This document shows positions 46,961 through 61,277 of a stretch of 64,000 bases of DNA, piece after piece. A program made the translations under genes and the position numbers. The notes under the pieces are model-generated. The model was not told where the DNA came from and searched no databases. It was given only the letters and a program-made list of their open reading frames with translations. The first letter of the stretch is position 1, and every line of letters begins with the position of its first letter. The stretch is from Blepharisma stoltei ATCC 30299 (lineage: Eukaryota > Protista > Ciliophora): NCBI GenBank assembly GCA_965603825.1, contig CBFDEM010000013.1, forward strand, positions 682,001-746,000, read 5' to 3'.

Positions 46961-47415
46961 AGAAAAGAGAAATTGAATTAATTATATTCTTATAAGCAAG
47001 TGTTCTTACAAAGTGAAGTGATCTACTTTTTGAGTTTGATTTATGGTCTTTTTAGAACATTTTTTTTCTTGCTTTAATTAGAAAGAATTATAGTAGGCTG
47101 CATCTTATTTCTTTTGTATTATTAAATGAATAATTTCTACCTTTCTTTTGATAATTAGAAATCCCTTACTTCCTCTTAATTCAACCCTTTTCTCAATTTC
47201 TCGATTTCTCAATTTTTCTGCTAGACTATTGCTGCTTTTAATCACTTCAATTTAACTCTAAATGACTAATAATTTTTAAATATCACAAGTTTTACTCTTT
47301 CCCATATCTAATTAAAGAATGATGCTTTATGGCTAAAATATAAGAAATTTCCTAAAGCAATTCAACTAATTTATGATTATTTGGAATAAAAATAGATGAT
47401 TTTTAGCGATTTTAT

Positions 47416-47667
47416 TTAGCCTCTGGTATCCTTCCTTGTTCTTATTAGACTGGATTCTTCATCATCATCGTTTGTCGAAATAGAATCTATGCCTCCTAAA
47501 GAAGCAATCATAGTCTGAAATTCTGGGCTTTTTATTAGAAATGCTGATGGATTGATTATCGTACTTGATAGCCTATAATTGTATTTAGCAATTTGCATCT
47601 TAGGCACAGCAGTGTGATACTTTGTCATAGCCCTGGAAAAGTATTTGGCATATGTGAATAACCCCAT
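47416..47667 (-). CDS. 83-aa protein with presequence-like N-terminus and acidic patch
   Basis: AAATATG start; GC-richer than flanks; first 48 aa lack D/E; DDDEE near the C-terminus. Confidence 0.65.
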   Translation of the reverse strand: MGLFTYAKYFSRAMTKYHTAVPKMQIAKYNYRLSSTIINPSAFLIKSPEFQTMIASLGGIDSISTNDDDEESSLIRTRKDTRG

Positions 47668-48105
47668 ATTTTATAATTAAACTTATGAATTTTTAGCAGA
47701 AAGTAAAGAAAATGCATAGCGATTGTAATATCGTCTTAATTTTACGATTTATCTAAATAGATATCTCTTAGGTAATCTACTGTTTTGTAATTTAAAGTGC
47801 GCTATTTTGCATACTTTTTATGAAGAGTGCTTTAATGAATGGCTCTGTTCTATGCAATGTCCAAAGTGTCCAGATTTAATAAAATTGTAATAGAAAATGA
47901 AAACCATATTATATAGATATATAAGAGTAAAAGTCTTAGTAAATATTGAAAATTATAAATTTAAATTCATTATATCCATTTTATTTGTATTGTGCTCTAG
48001 CAAGTTTACTGCTATAAAATCACACAATATTAGTAAGAGTGCACTAATTCAAAGATATGAATAAGGTAGACTTATTAGTAATTTATTTTATATTAATTTA
48101 AGAAA

Positions 48106-48585
48106 ATGAATGACAATTCATTATCATCTAAAGCAGAAAAAAGTATACCGTTCTTTAAAAACTCCAGAGTTGACACATGCTCTCACATCATCATGAAAAA
48201 CGGACAAGCTGTTGCTGTGCCTTATATGACTAGTTCACCATGAAATTCCAGGAGTTTGTATTGTAACGATCTGAAATCAACAGAAAAAAGAAGTCTTTCC
48301 CATGACGTCCACAGAGTAAGGCAAAATCTGCACGCTGGAATGCATTCAAAGCCTCTTGAAAGATATTCTCCTGATGCACAAAGATCAAGACTTAAGAATG
48401 ATGAGTTCATTATACCATATAAAAATACTTCACAGATTGTTATTGGAGATCGAAGCTCTAAATACAAAAGGCACTTTCTGACGACTGCTCAGAATTTATT
48501 GAAGAGGCCTTCAATCGAGCTCTCGACTAATCTTGGAATTTTGTCTGAAAAAACCAAGTGGATTAAATATAAAGAGGATAGCTAA
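48106..48585 (+). CDS. Hypothetical protein (159 aa), basic, possibly ciliary
   Basis: AAAATG 48106 in frame via TGA 48241 into the 109-aa ORF. Confidence 0.7.
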
Positions 48586-49026
48586 TAATTAAATGATTTT
48601 GAAAAATTTCTTAAAAACTGATCAAAATATTTATTTTGTGAGCTAAATAAGTCATTCTGAATGATACTTATTAATAATAACAAGATATTCTAACAAAAAT
48701 TAGATCAGTAATTCAAATAAAAAATTTAAAAATTAGCAGCTAAAGAGATCTATCTGTTCAATAATAATTTTCAAAAAATAATCAAATATCCCAGCAGAGA
48801 ATCTATTCCGAATTTGTGCCATTTTATAAACTTTATCTAATTTGTTTCATATTTTTATTTTAATATCACTATAATTTTCCATTTAAAAACTTCCTAAGAC
48901 ATATTTTAGGCTCCTGATCTCGTTAAAGACTTTCAACATGTCAATTTCATCTTCTTTCCAATCTGAATCTTAGACTAATTATTTTCTGTTAAGCTTAATC
49001 TTTCTCATACCCCATCCTAATCAAAT

Positions 49027-49740
49027 ATGGCTAATATACGACTAACATCTGGCTCTGACACGGAATTAAAAATTCGACTTTCAGTAGACCTTCTTAGCAA
49101 TGTAGACACCAATAAGCTTAAAGCTATGATTCACAATGCCAAGCTCTACTCACAGAAGTATCAACCTGTCTTCGTAATGCTTGAGAAAACCCCAGAAGGC
49201 ATCGTAGTAACTGAAGAGCCATTAAAGCCTCCAAAACCAAAAAATGAAGCAAAACCCAAAAAGCAATCTTCTGATTTAGACGAAAGTCCAGTCAAAAAAC
49301 ACCATCATGGAGGTGGGGACAAACAGTATATTTGTCCAATGGAGACCTGTGGGAGGAGGTTTATGGATAATTCCAAGTTGTGTAGGCATATGCTTGTCCA
49401 CACAGGGGAAAAAAAGCATAGATGCGATTTTTGTGGGAAAAGATTTTCGCTAGATTTCAATTTAAAAACACATTTAAGAATTCATACAGGGGAAAAACCT
49501 TATCAATGCACATACCCAGGGTGCAAAAAAAGATTTAACCAGTCAAGTAACTTGACGGCACATGAAAAGAATCATTATATTGATGGAAAAGAAGAAAAAC
49601 AAAGAAAACCTAGGACTTATCAACCGGAAGTGGTTTCGTTACCTTCGATACCGCAGAGCTCGTTTTCTATGGAGGCTCAGCTTCCTATGATTTTTGATTT
49701 TTCGTGTTTAAGTGCGGCACCAGCGTTACCTAATAATTAA
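49027..49740 (+). CDS. YY1-like C2H2 zinc-finger transcription factor (237 aa, 3 fingers)
   Basis: [48 protein letters not shown]; recognition helices match YY1 fingers 2-4. Confidence 0.88.
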   Translation: MANIRLTSGSDTELKIRLSVDLLSNVDTNKLKAMIHNAKLYSQKYQPVFVMLEKTPEGIVVTEEPLKPPKPKNEAKPKKQSSDLDESPVKKHHHGGGDKQYICPMETCGRRFMDNSKLCRHMLVHTGEKKHRCDFCGKRFSLDFNLKTHLRIHTGEKPYQCTYPGCKKRFNQSSNLTAHEKNHYIDGKEEKQRKPRTYQPEVVSLPSIPQSSFSMEAQLPMIFDFSCLSAAPALPNN

Positions 49741-50066
49741 TATAAAAATAGATTTAAATTAAATTTAAAAAATAATTCTAGAAAGATATATTAGGAACAT
49801 AGCGAACTGGTACAAAAATAAACCTTAAATGTATTAATATTAATAAAATTTCAATCTATATTATTTAGTAGGAATTGTATGATGGTATTGAAATCAAATA
49901 GAAATAAGATTTCATTTGCAAAAACTTGAATAAGTGCAGAGGGTAATGGAAATTTAAACAATGCATATTGTGTTTTTTATGTATATTTCTCAAAATATAA
50001 TGATATGAAATTACCTCTATATTTATATTTGAATTTTGAATTAGAGTTTTAGTTTTTCAGTCATTT

Positions 50067-51872
50067 TTAACTATTAAAAAAAGCCACATGAGTTTGGACC
50101 ATACTTGCAATATCTTCTATTTTAATTTGCCCGAAGCTTCCTTCAAGTCCTTTAACGTCACAAATAAAGCCATTAATATCTTCAACCCCAAAATGTATTA
50201 TCCATAAATTAAAAAAATTTCTGATTTCTTTAAGAGAAATAGTAATTTCACCTTTCAATTTAAAATGAGTTTCAAATACGAATTTTGTTGCTTCATAAGG
50301 TCTCAATTCATATCCTAACAAAAACCTTTCAATAGCTGATTTAAAATTGCAGATGCATATATTATCATTTTCATCAGGCGAGCATTCTTTACAAAACAAT
50401 CTAAGCTCATCCCTATTTAGTTTCATCCCAAATAAATCTAAAATCTTTTCAAGATTTCTAGCAGGAATTATTTTTAATTTTGTAGAAGCTACCAGGAAAA
50501 ATGTTTCTTCAACAAATTTATCCATATTATTCAAAAGAGAAATTTTTTCCTCCCCAGTTTTTGTCCGTTTTATATCTCTATAAATCATTTTTAGTTGTCT
50601 ATAAATTCTCACTGTTCTTTTGACTTTATTTTTTAAGCTTTCACATATAATTTCATTGATAATTTTTTGATCTTTCATTAATTCGATTTTTGTGGTTAAG
50701 ACAAGCCAATATATGATTGAAGGGATTAAATATCATATTAATAGCAGCCAGATAAAGAAAGACAATGAAAAAAGTACTGCATTTATATTGGATTGAGAAT
50801 AAAATGATGGAATATAGATAAGAGCGCATGAAGTAATTCATAAAGATGAGACCATTAAAAGTCCTTGAGTTGAATATAACAAAAATCGTGGTCCAAAACT
50901 GTCAAATCAAAATAGTAATTCGTGTCGATTGGGTGGTCGACCTTGAAAAATATAGCAGCAGCTTAGTTTAAATGGGTTTATTTGGCACAGGAACAGTCTG
51001 CTTCTTGGCTCGGATATTTCAATATTTGGAATAACACCATCAAGATATGAAGGATACTTGGTTGTGCTTTCAATAAAGTATTTATTTAAGTTTTTCGTCA
51101 AACTCATTCTTGCTTTATCTTGGGGAATCAACTGCTTGTAGATTGATTTCAGTTTCATTAAAAATATTATAGAAGTAAAAATCTCAAAAGCAGGAATAAT
51201 CCATAAAAATACAATTTCGGCTTGATTTCCCATAAATAAAACAATTCTTCATAATAAAATAATAATTACTGTAACTATAAATCCCATTCATGTAACATGA
51301 AACGACTCTTTAATTACCTTCCCTAATGATTTGCATAAATATTCTCCGAAATCAAAGCCATCGTCAAGCCTCATTTCGATTGGGCACGGTTGATAATTTG
51401 TCTTAGTGAATCCTTTCTTTATCTCTAGAATTTCTTCAATAAAACTATTTCCTTCAGCATTTATTTTTCCATCTAGGATATTTTTCCATTTCTCAGCATA
51501 CATGTTTCCTATTAAAACTAGTGAAAATCCAGTGAATAATCAAATAGAAATGAATAGTGCAAAACCAATTATTATAATATTCAGCTCATTTTCAAAATTT
51601 GGAATAATATTCAAGTAGTAGAGAAATGATGTTATAAATCATAGCACTACAAGGATAGATAAGTCAGCTAAAATTGAATGAAGAGGAGGCATTAGGGATT
51701 TTTGTAAATTTCTCTGGAAAATTTTGTAGAGATCTTGCAAAATTAGAAAAATAAAGCCAATTGCCAGTATCTCGCCAGTCAATATTGTGTTTTTGTTTAA
51801 AAATCTTTCTTTTAAAGTTTCCACAAAATTGTTGGAAATAAAATCAACAAACCATCCATGGCCATTTTTCAT
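50067..51872 (-). CDS. MLO-like multi-pass membrane protein with C-terminal EF-hand-like region (601 aa)
   Basis: Four fragments in one frame via seven TGA; FDFGEYLCKSL..FHVT[W] and LF[W]FDSFGPRFLL resemble MLO FDFxxY..SL and LFWFxxP motifs. Confidence 0.72.
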
Positions 51873-52091
51873 AAGAAATTGTTCTGATTAGTAATATTAT
51901 ACTCTAAAATAAATGGGACAACCTATTTTAAACTTATATAATCTTATATCAATTCTATTCTATTATTTATAGCAATTCTTTGTGTATTACTTATGATTTA
52001 ATCTCCATTATATAATATTATATCAAATATATCAGAAATAAATAACCAAGATACAAAGGAAAACAAAAAATAATAAATAATACTGATATAA

Positions 52092-53879
<1,788 letters not shown>

Positions 53880-54130
53880 TTAAGTTTATAATTCCGCCGG
53901 ATTATTTTAAATTGAGAAATTTGAAAAATGAATTTTTATTTATTTGTGAAATTTGATGAAGTTACTATATAAAATCGACTTTATATTTAATAATAATAAG
54001 AAATAGCTGCTTAAATTCAAATTTAATGGCTAGGCGATGAAAATAGATGCATTCAGTCGCAACATTTTTTAATTTCATCTATTTAAAAATAGTTAAAATT
54101 TGCTGCAATAAATATAAAAGATTATTATAT

Positions 54131-55531
54131 TTAATTAGTTTTTTTCCAAAATATAATAAATGCAGGGATCTTCATGAGAAACAGCAGAAAGCTTAAATAC
54201 ACTGAAAAATCTAAAATAGAGCTAGATGGATATATTGCAAACCATATGAAATCATATACCAACGAAGCTATAACTAGCTTTGAAAGCTGCTTATACATTT
54301 TTGTTGTCTCAGATCTAGTTGAAATTTTAAAAGCTGCAAATATAAAAATCATAAGCTACATAAATTTTACATTGACAAAATCTGGCCTTGAAATCATAAT
54401 TAGCGTCGACATCAAAAGTAACGAATATATCAAATAATGTGTAAACGATTTTTGGCTCGCAAAGCTTGGGAGTTCTATTTCTTTCGTAACAACATCAATT
54501 TTTGCAGACAAAATAGACTTTACTGAAGTCCTTGGAGTTCTTGCTTCTTCTTTCAGCATTCATTCATTTGGATGATCTAAATTACTAAAAGGTTTAAATA
54601 ATTTCCCAACTTGTTCTTCTAGCGATTTCAGCTCTTCTCCATCAAACTCAATATTTTCGTTTTTCTGATTAACCAAGTCTTCATATTGCCCAATTCTGCT
54701 CCAAACCCATTGCAATTTTAAGTGCAGCTCTCCTTGTTCTTTTCCTTTTGGGTCTTTATTTTTCAAGCTATAAAGCTGATCATGTTTGATTTGGTCTTTT
54801 AATTGGCTTAATTTTATAGATACTTCTCCAAGATAGTCATCATTGTCTTCAGTATCTCTGTCCATAACTATGAGCTTCAGATTCCCTGTGCCATGCTCGA
54901 TATTAAATTTGAATTCTTCATTCCATTTGGGATTTACAGTGGCCTGGATATCCTTGGTTTGAAATGTCTGGTTTTCGCATTCCAGGATTACATAAGGGTC
55001 TGATAAGCCACTAGAATCCATTGCTAGTAAATCTTGAGCATCAACTACGTTAACTGTTAGCATGCTGTCTTTCATGATCCCATACTCGTTTTTCTGCTCT
55101 TTTTCTCTAGCTTCGCTTAGTTTTCCTTGGTACTCTTCAACTAGTTTTTTATTATCTTTGATTTGTTTCTTTAGTTCCCGGATTCGTTTCATAACTATGT
55201 ACTCAGCATCAACATATGACCCCACAAAGTCCCCAGCGGTAATAAGGGAGTCTCAGTCTTTATCAATCCTTGCATATAGCTCTTGGCATAAGCCTGCATC
55301 AAATGGCTCATTTTGCTTGTTAGATAAAAACTCATGGATTTCTTCAAATGTAAAAGCTTTGTTCCCTGTTTTATCCAAGGTGTGGAATTCTTCCATAAGC
55401 TGGTCATAGCGGTCTTTTAAGGAGCCTGTCATTGGGAAAGAGCCTATTGATGAACGGAGGCGAATTAAACTGAGGGATGGAGAGCGCGTCCCTAATGTTG
55501 ATCGCCTTTGATCTGAAAATGGATCAACCAT
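54131..55531 (-). CDS. EF-hand plus coiled coil plus C2 plus C-terminal multi-TM protein (461 aa); intron 54356-54370
   Basis: DKTGNKAFTFEE, DKD[W]DSLITAGD, C2 AMDSSGLSDPYV..NPKWNEEF..MDRD..DDYLG; TGA 55253 and 54560; hydrophobic C-terminus. Confidence 0.85.
54356..54370 (-). other. 15-nt intron
   Basis: gtaaaatttatgtag; RPDFVN|LMIFIF. Confidence 0.88.
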
Positions 55532-56096
55532 AATAATGGAAAAATTCTAATTAAAATTAATTATTTAAGGCAGAGGTAAAGGAAAGATAAGGGATGCTAG
55601 GATTTTATAGTTTTTTGGAAGAATTATAATTCAGGTTAGAGAGAATTTTAGAGGAATTTCGGAGGCAAATTATGGAGTATAGCAAATAATAAACATGTAT
55701 AAATATTGAAAAAATATTTGTGTTGTTATGGATTAATAAAGAGAGATTTTGATAGATAAGTAAAATTAAATATAAAGATAATAATGGCCTTTATTGTTTT
55801 CTAAAGATCGAAAGATCTAGATCAAATTGTATGGCTGACAGCAATATCATTTTTTCGATGGAATTCTCTTTTGGTTGAAATTTTAAAAGCCAGACATTTT
55901 TAAAGCCGTATGAATTTCATTTTGATAGCCCAGATAAAGCTATCACTTATTAATAATTTTAAGACTAGCATAAAAGTTATAACATATCTATTTGCTAAAT
56001 ATAAACGAATTTCTTGATGGCCATCTGTGCTTTTCATATCAAGGCATCATAGCCAAGCACTCGTGACTTAATTTTTTAATTAGCTTTATAATTAAT

Positions 56097-56900
56097 ATGC
56101 GCACCAAATCAAACTCCTCTGAAGCTCCTTGCTTTTTACAAAAAACTTTTGATATGCTGAACAATGAAGAAAACGCTGACATTGTTTGCTGAACACAAGA
56201 TGGAGCTGCGTTTGTCATTAAGGATAAGAAAGAATTCTGTTTATCAGTCCTGCCCAAATACTTTAAACATAGCAACTTGGCTAGCTTTGTAAGGCAACTT
56301 AACATGTATGATTTTCATAAAGTCCGCCGGTCTGGTTCTGAGGATATTTTTAAACACCCCTTATTTGTTCAGCAAAACCCTGATTTTTTAAAAGAAATCA
56401 AACGAAAATCAACTAATGTTAATTGGCCAGTAGTTTCTGCAAATACTCTGAATAAGCCTGATTTAGCCCCAATATTGCAAAAAATGATGGATTTGCATAT
56501 AGCTAATCAAGAATCTGAAATAATGATCAAAAAACTTGAAGAAAGAATCGACGAGCTTTCAACCCAAAGAGAAGTCCTCTCTATGCAATTTTGGGAAACT
56601 CAAGAAAGAATGAAGCAAATAGAGCATGCTGTCGTTGTATTGGCAAGTTTTATGCACTCAGGCGGAGATGATATCATAAGATATATGGAAAATGAATATT
56701 CATCAAATGTAAGGAGCATCCAAACAGAAATCCCTCTTCCACCCAAAAAACAGAAAGTTGAACATCTTAACATTGAAGAGCTGTTTGAAATCCCTCACGA
56801 GCAAATCAAAGATGTCGAGCATCCAAAGGATTTGGTAGAAAATCATATTCCGGATGCTGATATTTTTGAAGAAAGTTTAGAATTCTTGCTAGAGTCTTAA
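56097..56900 (+). CDS. HSF-type transcription factor, second paralog (267 aa)
   Basis: APCFLQKTFDML..IVC[W]TQDGAAF (TGA 56190)..LPKYFKHSNLASFVRQLNMYDFHK; coiled coil; PPKKQK NLS-like. Confidence 0.92.
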
Positions 56901-57347
56901 TATTATTAACAACTTATAAATGTAGACTGTTAAACAAGCCTGGGGAGGCGAGGGATTAAGAGATCTTTTGGCTAATTAACACTTCTGGAAATTACTTATA
57001 CTTGGCTGCTTTCTTTTGTTTATTTCAGATATAATATCATTGCCATTTTAAATCTTGATAACTACAAAAGTATTAAAAGATTTTAGTAGTCTTCTTTTTA
57101 TTTGTTTCTTTGCAATCGAATAGACTAATATTTTGAAATTTTTTGATGTTTTTGAATTTTTTATATGAAAATACAAAAGCAGCATCTTTCAACGTAAATT
57201 ATTTTTGCAAAGATTAAACTTTCATTATTAAATTAAGAAATGTTTAAATTAGCCTTTAAGAGAAATAGTAGACTAATAAGATAATATAATTAAATAATTA
57301 AAAGATAATCAAATATTTATGTTTGCTTTGCCAATAATCTAATTAAA

Positions 57348-57803
57348 ATGAACAATGAAGGGTTCAAGGACAGGAGAAGGCGTTTAAGTTCCAGCAGCGA
57401 TGAAGACTTTATGAAGCTTTCTGATGGTATTTCTTACAAAGACCAAGAAACCTATAAAAGTGAAGAAGAAAAAAAGCCTGAGAAGCTCGAAATGAAGAAA
57501 AAGCCCACAAATTTCCAATATCAAAAACCAAGAAGGGGCAAAGGACGCGGAGGTAATAATAATTGGAGAAGAGAAGACAAGCCAAAGCCAAAAAATAACG
57601 AAAAACCTCAGACTCATTACAGAAAAAAGATTGTCCCCAAGTATGATCTCAATGCCCAAGAATTCCAGCCAAGTGGATTCAATGCAAATGCAAGCGATTT
57701 CGTAAGTTTTAGCCAGGTTCCATCTGGATTTAACCCATCTGCTCAAGAATTCAACCCACAGTTTGGCATTGACGCTCCAGAGTTCAAGCCAAGCTTTTAT
57801 TAG
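57348..57803 (+). CDS. Disordered protein with four tandem PAM2-like motifs (151 aa)
   Basis: YDLNAQEFQP, FNANASDFVS, FNPSAQEFNP, FGIDAPEFKP. Confidence 0.8.
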   Translation: MNNEGFKDRRRRLSSSSDEDFMKLSDGISYKDQETYKSEEEKKPEKLEMKKKPTNFQYQKPRRGKGRGGNNNWRREDKPKPKNNEKPQTHYRKKIVPKYDLNAQEFQPSGFNANASDFVSFSQVPSGFNPSAQEFNPQFGIDAPEFKPSFY

Positions 57804-57942
57804 CTTCTCAAAGTTGTTGCTTTTGATGAAGCCAAAAAGAGTTAGTAATATCTTACATGAATATTTGGCTAAATATAAGGTAAAATAATTATTAAATATA
57901 TGAATTTATATGATAAATTGGTTTTTATGCGAAAACTAACAA

Positions 57943-59346
57943 TTAATTAAGGAGTTTTAGCCGATTTTTTAACACAACAGCGTCTGTTCCTAAAATAAAG
58001 TCGCTGCATTGCAGCTCTTCGAACTCTTTTGTCCCAGAATTAAAATTATAGAACACTTTTACCATATCTCCAGTCAAAGAATGAGGAAAACTTACAGGAC
58101 CACAAAGCTTATTAACAGCCCCCAATGATGGGTCATGAGAGTACAACGCCCTTATTTCTCTTTTCAATACACTATTGAAAACTATTATAAAAAAATCTGT
58201 ATCTTTGTTTTTATCTATAGTTGACAACATTAGTTCTCTCTGGTTTCTATGGAAATCCCCAGCTAGGCAGACTCCTGTTATTGCACTTCTAATTAGTCTT
58301 CTATTCGAGGACTTATTATAAGTAATTTTTGGCAAGTGATTATCCCTTTTATATTTTTCATCAATAAGTTTTTTTACTTCTTCTGATTTTAAATTAATTG
58401 GTGACGGCGTCCGTCTTATCCTGTCTGAAGAAGGAGTGCTGATCTTGATATTTCTATTTAAAGGTTTAGGGCTTGCATAAGGACTTTGCTGTGGACTTCT
58501 GCTTGGCGATCTTGATTGTTCTCTATTTTTTAATTCTTCAATTCTTTTTAATTTTTTTTGTTCTCATTTTTTGAATTTTACAGCTCGCATTGAGTCTGTG
58601 TCATTATTTACTAGTATAACAACTGGCTTGTTCCCTTTAGAGCTTTCTTCTGAGTCTTCTTGTGAGTGGATCTCAGTTAAAACTTTTACAGCGTTTCCTT
58701 CGACAATGTTGACTTCTTTGCCGAAAGATTTAAAACTTGTATATACATTCATGTCTTCGCCGAAGCTTGGGGTATAGGTCTGGTGGAATTCAGATGGGGA
58801 ATCTTTGCCTGGCTGCTGGTTTTGTGTTTCTTGGAAAGCTTTAAGCAGTTCTTGTCTAATGTGATGCTTTTTCTTTCGCTTTTCATTAGATCGTCTGCTT
58901 ATTGAATTTTGAATATTTTTAATTTGTTCAGAAACTTCTCTCTGAAAAGAATTTTTAACAGGCTCTGCTGATGAGGAAATCATAAATTTCGCCTGAGTTG
59001 TAGATAATGGAAAATTTAAAGAGTCTTGCTGGAAGCTTTCTTTAGAGCCTGATTGTGTAATAGAAGGCTCAGCATGTGCTTGTATATGTGATTCTGAATC
59101 AAAATCATCAGAGTAAAGTTCACTGCCACTGTCTTCTGATATGCTTTCTTCATAGCTTTCATATGATTCACTTTCAATTGATGAGTTTTCATTAGTTTCT
59201 TCAGGAGAGGATTCTTCTATCGATTCAGATTCAAACTCTTCTCCATTAGTATCTGTTTTTTCTAGAGTTTCTTCTTCATTGCTTGTTACTGTATCATCAT
59301 GTTTTATGGTGTTTTTCTTCCTAATTACTTCATACACTTTTTCCAT
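57943..59346 (-). CDS. CAMSAP/Patronin-type CKK-domain microtubule-binding protein (about 467 aa; 5' end uncertain)
   Basis: Joined via TGA 58564; SNRRLIRSAITGVCLAG..FFIIVF..RALY..FYNFNSGTKEF..TDAVVL. Confidence 0.85.
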
Positions 59347-59703
59347 TTCCGAATTGCATCCCTTTAATCATCAAATTTTTCAATGTGATATCTTCTTTCT
59401 TTTTCATTATTTTAAAATAATTCCTAAAAGTATTTAATTTACTCAATTATAATGTGTCTATGTATTTTTGAACAAATGAATCAAGAAATGAGCAAAAAAT
59501 CTTTGTAAATTTAATTTTAATAGATAAGCTTAATTTAGAAGATGATAGAATTTCTGATATATTGCTGCAGAGTACTAGTTCGCAAATTTTCTTTTCTCGT
59601 TAGTCTTTGTTTTTCCAAAATAGATGCCAGACAGACAGCAATTTTAAATAATTTTTTTGAATGAAGAAAATACAAAGATTACCAATAAATCTACTTATTT
59701 ATT

Positions 59704-60096
59704 TTAGTATTGGCCCTTGCATTGCTTGAATAGATCGAGATAGTTTTGGCAAGCTCCAATATTATTGTTGTTGTACTGCAAGCAGTTCAAAAAGTCTTGG
59801 TTCTGTTGGCTGCACATGTCTTGAACTTGTTGCTGCTGAGGCTGTGCTTGCTGTTCGTGAGCTTCTGAGCCGCTTCCTCCCATCATTCCTCTGACTGCTG
59901 TATGAGCGATTTCACTTCCTGCTCCAAAAGCCATCCCTTGCATGACGACTCCACCGAGGCCTGACATTATTCCCGGTCTTTGCTGAGCTTGAGGGGCACT
60001 TTGCTGGGGTGACGGTGCAGGCCTTGCAGACCTTGAAGGTCCTGAAGTTCTTGAAAATCCTCCTGATCTCATTCCTCCTCCACTTCTTCTTGGCAT
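59704..60096 (-). CDS. CHCHD2: CHCHD2/CHCHD10 (Mix17)-like mitochondrial protein (130 aa)
   Basis: MPRRS.., QGMAFGAGSEIAH, twin CX9C. Confidence 0.9.
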   Translation of the reverse strand: MPRRSGGGMRSGGFSRTSGPSRSARPAPSPQQSAPQAQQRPGIMSGLGGVVMQGMAFGAGSEIAHTAVRGMMGGSGSEAHEQQAQPQQQQVQDMCSQQNQDFLNCLQYNNNNIGACQNYLDLFKQCKGQY

Positions 60097-60494
60097 TTAT
60101 TATTATAATTTGGTATTATTTTCCTAAATTTTTGCACTGAATTTAATAAAATAAAATTATAAAAAATATCATATCAAATTATTGAGTTTTGAAGCAAGCA
60201 ATTTTGAAATAATCAATAAACGTTAATATAAGTTTACTAACAAAAATAATGTTATAAGTATTATAGAAAAGCAGATATTGAGATAAATTGCACTAAAGAT
60301 TAAAAAATTAAATAATTATGATCAATATCCTTAAAAAACCTCAAAAGTTTATTTCTATATTAGAATTAATAATTCTCAAATATTCAAAAATATTTTTAGG
60401 CTATATTTAATATCAACTAAATCAATCCATAATTTGTGTATGCAATCCTTTGCCAGTGACAATTTTAAACAAAACTTTTAATGATCCAAAATAA

Positions 60495-61067
60495 ATGGAA
60501 AGTAAGTTCCTTAAACGTTTTCGCGGACGAATTTTATCCCTAGAAAAGTCTGAGCGATTCGACTCCTTAGTTCCTATCAATAAAAACATAAAACCTTCTC
60601 AAATTTATAAAGATGACTCTCCAGATCCTACTCCAAGAAAATCTTCGAAATCAAGTTTTCATAGCTACCACCAAGATTCCTGGAAAAACGCACACAAAAT
60701 AACCTCATCCTTTGAAAAGCCTCCCACTCCCTATATCAATTGAGCTGATAAGCACCAAAATGTAAGAATGAGTGTTGGAAATTCCAGGCTTAAACGAAAA
60801 ATGAAAACTTTAAGAGACGAATATTTTTCAAATACTCCGAAAATAGAAGGAATACCGAATCTTCCAATTAAATTAATAAACTCAAGCTATCAGTCTGATG
60901 CAGAGCAGAATTATAGCTTGAGATTTACACCTGTTATGAAAAAATACTCATATTCGATAAAGATGAGAAATAAAGATCTCTCGTCTCCGACTGACAGAGA
61001 ATACTTAACACCGATAGGATATGACTATAGTCCTGTAATTTTTAGTAAAAACAAGTATAAATTTTAA
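60495..61067 (+). CDS. Hypothetical S/K/P-rich protein (190 aa)
   Basis: Two ORFs joined in frame by TGA 60741. Confidence 0.7.
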
Positions 61068-61277
61068 TTAAAGCGATTTTTAATTATATAGAGACTGAAG
61101 CAAGGAAAAGAGACACACAGGGATCAATAGTCCTGAATTACTTGAATATAGGTGCTTATCTATTGAAAGCTCAGGCTCTCTGGATATATTTTTAAATATC
61201 TTTATAATGTAAACATTTAACTAATTTCTCTCAATTCCCAAAATTCCATACTTTCCAATTAATCAAATAGAGGCCAC

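Noticed and set aside
61091-61190. GC-richer stretch with small hairpins upstream of RPS7 as an ncRNA
   Set aside because: Short stems and no convincing H/ACA or tRNA structure
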